10,774 nt of DNA from NCBI GenBank assembly GCA_964549305.1, contig CAZJVM010000079.1, positions 1-10,774 of the forward strand. Direction: 5' to 3'. This stretch comes from an uncultured bacterium. GTDB taxonomy: Bacteria > Schekmanbacteria > GWA2-38-11 > J061. The notes beneath the pieces are model-generated. The model did no database searches. It saw only the letters and a program-made list of their open reading frames with translations, and was not told where the DNA came from. Positions 7,744 through 10,774 of the stretch are shown one piece after another; position 1 is the stretch's first letter, and each line of letters begins with the position of its first letter. Position numbers and translations under genes: made by a program.

Positions 7744-8508
7744 ATGTCCAAAATTAAGGAAGTTGATAGTTTCTTTGAAGAGCTTACAAACCGCGCGCTC
7801 GGAGAATTCGCAAAGATCGACCCTATGGGAATCACAACAAAAAGAAAATGGGATACCGAACTGGGACTTATGGAAGTGCGCCTTTTTATGGGCGAGGTTT
7901 TCGAAAAAGCGGGCGTAAGTTACTCCGCTCTGAAAATTAAACTTCCCAACACGGATACCGGGGCGGATGTGCGCGTTTTTGAAATTCTCACCTATATGGC
8001 AAATCCCAAAGTGCCCACTCTTGCAATAAGTTTGAGATACAGAGCAAACGGAGGCGAAAAATTTATGGGTCTTTGCGATATATCCCCTTCCATCGCTATT
8101 GACGAAGACCTTGATTATTTCGGACAGGCAATGAAAGGGCTTTGCGAAAAACACGGCAAAAAATACGATGATATGCTCAAGCGTCTCAATTATCTTTTCA
8201 CTTCAAAATACACCGGCAAAACCGTACTTGGCGGAAGAGGAATCGCTTTTGACCTCGAAGATGACGGATTTGATTTCTTCAAAGAGTTTGGAGAGCTATT
8301 CCTCGACACATCGCTTGAAATTATCAAAAGAAGAAAGGACGAAGAATTCACACTTCAGGATAAGGACAAACAACTTCACGACAGAGGAAAATGGGTTGAA
8401 TTCAATCTTACGGAAGACAAGGGGTTTATTTTGGGTGTAAAAGTAGGCATACCGCCCGAGGCAATGAATTATCAGACACTGCCTCCGGTAGCAAAATTTT
8501 ATCCGTAG
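7744..8508 (+). CDS. Divergent HemF-like protein (oxygen-dependent coproporphyrinogen III oxidase fold); canonical activity doubtful
   Basis: Collinear HemF signatures: GEVFEKAGVSYS, NPKVPT...LRY, DISP, IIKRRKDEEFT, QLHDRGKWVEFNLTEDKG, TLPPVAKF. Many normally invariant residues are substituted. RBS AGGAGG lies 8 nt upstream. Confidence 0.8.
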   Translation: MSKIKEVDSFFEELTNRALGEFAKIDPMGITTKRKWDTELGLMEVRLFMGEVFEKAGVSYSALKIKLPNTDTGADVRVFEILTYMANPKVPTLAISLRYRANGGEKFMGLCDISPSIAIDEDLDYFGQAMKGLCEKHGKKYDDMLKRLNYLFTSKYTGKTVLGGRGIAFDLEDDGFDFFKEFGELFLDTSLEIIKRRKDEEFTLQDKDKQLHDRGKWVEFNLTEDKGFILGVKVGIPPEAMNYQTLPPVAKFYP

Positions 8509-8545
8509 AGGGGAAGAGATGTACCCTTTTTCCTGCCCTTACTCC

Positions 8546-8600
8546 CTGGATTATCCGGTCAAGCCGGATAATGACAAATAAAAGAGTAGCGGACAATGAC
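8546..8600 (-). repeat. REP-like palindromic element (GTCAT-TATCCGG-CTTGA-CCGGATA-ATCCAG on the minus strand, 8546-8575) plus a partial tandem copy
   Basis: Perfect 9-bp stem 8550-8558/8564-8572. CGGATAATGAC (8565-8575) recurs as CGGACAATGAC (8590-8600). Matches the element at 2-31. Confidence 0.75.
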
Positions 8601-8683
8601 GGAAAAAAGCAACCAATCTTCCCGTTAGCAATGCGAACAAGATATACAAAAGTGAACATATCAACCTTTATTTCAGTTTCTGA

Positions 8684-8713
8684 TTGACATCATCCTTATT
8701 ACTTTTTTATAGT
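8684..8713 (+). promoter_or_regulatory. Sigma70-type promoter for the flavin reductase-like pair
   Basis: TTGACA (8684-8689), 18-nt spacer, TATAGT (8708-8713). RBS TAAGGAG at 8731-8737 precedes ATG 8745. Confidence 0.65.
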
Positions 8714-8744
8714 CAGAGAATTCAATTCAATAAGGAGATATTCA

Positions 8745-9617
8745 ATGTCCCACAAATTTGAAGAGATCAGAATTCTTGATAATTTTTACCAGACTTCAAG
8801 CTTCTTTCCTATGCCTGTTATGCTCATAAGCACTATTTCCGAATCGGGAGAAACCAACCTTGGTCCCTACTCTCTCTGTTTTCCAAAAATAATCACAGGC
8901 GGCAAGGGACACGCGATGCTCTTAATATCGCGCGGTACAAGCAACACCGCGCAGAACATTTTAAGGACAAAAGTATGCTCCCTGAATTTTATTCCCGACA
9001 AGAAAAAATATCTTAAAAACTGCGTTATGCTCGGTTTTCCCGGTGAAACTACAGAAGATAAGATGAAAAACAGTATCTTTACATTGTTACCTTCTACGAA
9101 AAAGTCTGATTCGAAAGATGCCCCCAATAACGGAAAATTCCCTGATATAGTAAAGGAGGCGTTTCAGGTCTTCGAATGCACCTGGGACGATTCATACCCC
9201 CTTAAACATAATGATGAGCTTGTGGAATCACATTTTCTTCTTCGCATAGACAAGATTCTGCTCAGGAAGAAATGGAAAGATTCACTCTTCAAGGGCAAGG
9301 GTTTTCCGCGCATACCAATTGATTACGGTTACAGGGATAATGTGAGATTTTGGTTTACAAGACATTCACAACCATTTGCCGTGCCTGTGCCACAGGACAA
9401 AGAAAACGCCGTTGAAGTTGTAAAATATGCCTGCGACCGTTTTGACCCTGATATTAAATGGGAGGACGATGCCTGCGCGAAGATAGTCAAGGTGCCGAAC
9501 ATTTTCCTGAAAAAAGTAATCGGAGGTGTAGTAAAAGCGGCGCGCGAAGAAGGTGTCACTGTTATAACTCCTGAATTTATGGACAAGATTCAGGATAAAA
9601 GGTCATCAGACAAGTAA
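8745..9617 (+). CDS. Flavin reductase-like (DIM6/NTAB, FMN-binding split barrel) protein with C-terminal PCP_red-like domain
   Basis: PMPVMLISTISESGETNLGPYS, SNTAQNILRTKVCSLNF, IVKEAFQVFEC. The C-terminal IKWEDDACAKIVKVPNIFLKKV..AAREEGVTVITPEFM (about 9450-9600) matches the W-x2/3-A-x3-h-x-K-h-P...G-x3-IT pattern of the BchB/ChlB C-terminal domain. Confidence 0.78.
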   Translation: MSHKFEEIRILDNFYQTSSFFPMPVMLISTISESGETNLGPYSLCFPKIITGGKGHAMLLISRGTSNTAQNILRTKVCSLNFIPDKKKYLKNCVMLGFPGETTEDKMKNSIFTLLPSTKKSDSKDAPNNGKFPDIVKEAFQVFECTWDDSYPLKHNDELVESHFLLRIDKILLRKKWKDSLFKGKGFPRIPIDYGYRDNVRFWFTRHSQPFAVPVPQDKENAVEVVKYACDRFDPDIKWEDDACAKIVKVPNIFLKKVIGGVVKAAREEGVTVITPEFMDKIQDKRSSDK

Positions 9618-9645
9618 AGGCAAACAATATTTCAAGAGGTTGAAA

Positions 9646-10470
9646 ATGAAAAAAATAGTTCCTATCAAACCCTTCTGGTATTCCGATGTAGTCGTGTTTC
9701 CAAAGATGATAACTATAATCACCACTATAGACAAGGAAGGCAAAGTCAATGCTGCGCCCTATTCCTTCTTTATGCAGTACGATGTTATGAATAAGAATCC
9801 ACGCGTTATTGTTGGAATGAGAAAATTCACTCACACTTATAAAAATATAGAAGCAACAGGAGAGTTTGTAGTAAATTTCCCTACTGCCGACTATCTCGAG
9901 GATATGATGGAAACCTGCCGTTTCTATCCCGAAGGAGTTAATGAGCTTGAACATACTCGCTTTACTGAAATACCATCACAGAAGGTAAAACCGCCGAGCA
10001 TCAAGGAGTGCGGGCAAATTATCGAGTGTTCCCTTGACCGGCAATATACTCTCGATAAAACGCAGGGACAGGTCATCGGAAAGATTGAGGCAATCGTGAT
10101 GGATGAGGAATTAATAGATTTGAGGCGCGATGAGCGTTTCAGAAAACTTAACCTTCCCATAGGGTTGGGAGACGAAAAGAGAAAATATTTTTATTACGGG
10201 CACATCGGGGATATCGAGATGATTAAGCTGAAAGCACCGCCAAAGGAAGATGAGTTTAAAGGAGAGCTTAAAACCACGATGAATTGGGATAAGGAAGCGC
10301 TCGACGGAGTCCGTCAAATCCCCTCTGCCATACAGGAAATGGTCATAGAGATGACTGAAGACATAGTTCAAAAAGAAGGTGCCGAAAACGTTACAAACGA
10401 AAGGTTTCAAAAACTTATCGAAGAATACGCGCCACCTGATATGCTCGACCGATTTGATAAGGATGAGTAA
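9646..10470 (+). CDS. Flavin reductase-like (DIM6/NTAB) protein with C-terminal PCP_red-like domain; paralogue of the upstream gene
   Basis: PKMITIITTIDKEGKVNAAPYSFF, HTYKNIEATGEFVVNFP, PSQKVKPPSIKEC..IEC. C-terminal MNWDKEALDGVRQIPSAIQEMV..EGAENVTNERF (from 10279). RBS AGAGGT 9635-9640 favours ATG 9646 over the ORF-track TTG 9640. Confidence 0.85.
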   Translation: MKKIVPIKPFWYSDVVVFPKMITIITTIDKEGKVNAAPYSFFMQYDVMNKNPRVIVGMRKFTHTYKNIEATGEFVVNFPTADYLEDMMETCRFYPEGVNELEHTRFTEIPSQKVKPPSIKECGQIIECSLDRQYTLDKTQGQVIGKIEAIVMDEELIDLRRDERFRKLNLPIGLGDEKRKYFYYGHIGDIEMIKLKAPPKEDEFKGELKTTMNWDKEALDGVRQIPSAIQEMVIEMTEDIVQKEGAENVTNERFQKLIEEYAPPDMLDRFDKDE

Positions 10471-10560
10471 AAGGGAACGATTTTAGTGACTAATTTAAAT
10501 CCGGTTTCCCCTGTCTTTGCGGCATAATAATCTTGCAAAACTTTTCTAAGAAATTATCAG

Positions 10561-10671
10561 TTATGAGATTTTCTTTCTTATGATAATCCCTGCAAGTCCG
10601 CCTAAAAGAAGCAAAATGGTGGATGCCTCAGGCACAGGATTTGAAGGAGGAAGCAGATTCTCATCTATCAT
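10561..10671 (-). pseudogene. Orphan PEP-CTERM-type sorting-signal fragment (36 aa)
   Basis: My translation is MIDENLLPPSNPVPEASTILLLLGGLAGIIIRKKIS*: a VPE[P>A] motif, hydrophobic TM segment, basic tail, then stop. An in-frame TGA (10672-10674) lies immediately upstream, and there is no RBS or signal peptide. Confidence 0.65.
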
Positions 10672-10690
10672 TCATAACAAATGCCAAAAG

Positions 10691-10710
10691 CAGACCCGAC
10701 CCCTTTTCTC
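10691..10710. repeat. Possible short interspersed repeat end (AGACCCGACCCCTTTT)
   Basis: Resembles, from memory, the AGACCTGACCCC/GGGGTCAGGTCT extragenic repeats seen in many bacterial genomes. Only one copy is in this window. Confidence 0.3.
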
Positions 10711-10774
10711 TGCTAAAGAAATCATTTCCTGATTTTATTGTGCACGGGATTTTCCAAATCGAGACTCCATTTTA

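Noticed and set aside
7744-8508. Assigning the symbol hemF
   Set aside because: Too many invariant active-site residues are replaced to assume canonical function.
7681-8659. ORFs 7681-8154(-), 7718-7918(+), 8168-8440(+), 8426-8659(-)
   Set aside because: They overlap the HemF-like gene in other frames. 8426-8659 runs through the REP element.
8867-10410. Minus-strand ORFs within the flavin reductase-like pair
   Set aside because: Antisense shadows with no RBS or recognisable domains.
9450-10420. Evidence for chlorophyll synthesis or phototrophy from the PCP_red-like domains
   Set aside because: Only the small C-terminal domain is present, with no nitrogenase-like BchB/N/L core. This domain also occurs in non-phototrophs.
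10672-10737. Selenocysteine or stop read-through of the TGA upstream of the PEP-CTERM fragment
   Set aside because: The upstream frame is short, closes at TAA 10735-10737, crosses a repeat-like sequence and has no signal peptide.
1-10774. CRISPR array, tRNA/rRNA, transposase, integrase or defence system
   Set aside because: I saw no regularly spaced repeats, RNA-gene signatures or such protein motifs. The two REP-like copies are 8.5 kb apart.

Overview
Bacterial genomic DNA, probably from a diderm (it carries a Spy/CpxP-like periplasmic protein and a PEP-CTERM-type motif). It holds nine credible genes. Left block: a Spy/CpxP (LTXXQ) protein (-), divergent from a secreted metzincin zinc protease (+), and a CIA30 + ATP10-like fusion protein (-). 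Centre: a minus-strand operon of hydantoinase/5-oxoprolinase A, B and a SAM-dependent methyltransferase-like protein. Divergent from it on the plus strand are a HemF (coproporphyrinogen III oxidase)-like protein with a heavily remodelled active site and two tandem paralogous flavin reductase-like proteins. Each of the two ends in a PCP_red-like domain (the C-terminal domain of dark-operative protochlorophyllide reductase BchB/ChlB). These tetrapyrrole-associated folds sitting next to an ATP-dependent lactam hydrolase are the most interesting signal, and may mark an undescribed tetrapyrrole/bilin modification or degradation system (inference). Non-coding features: two 30-nt REP-like palindromes with compensatory stem changes, a near-consensus sigma70 promoter, and an orphan PEP-CTERM fragment missed by the ORF track. 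All family calls come from motif recognition by eye; no searches were run.
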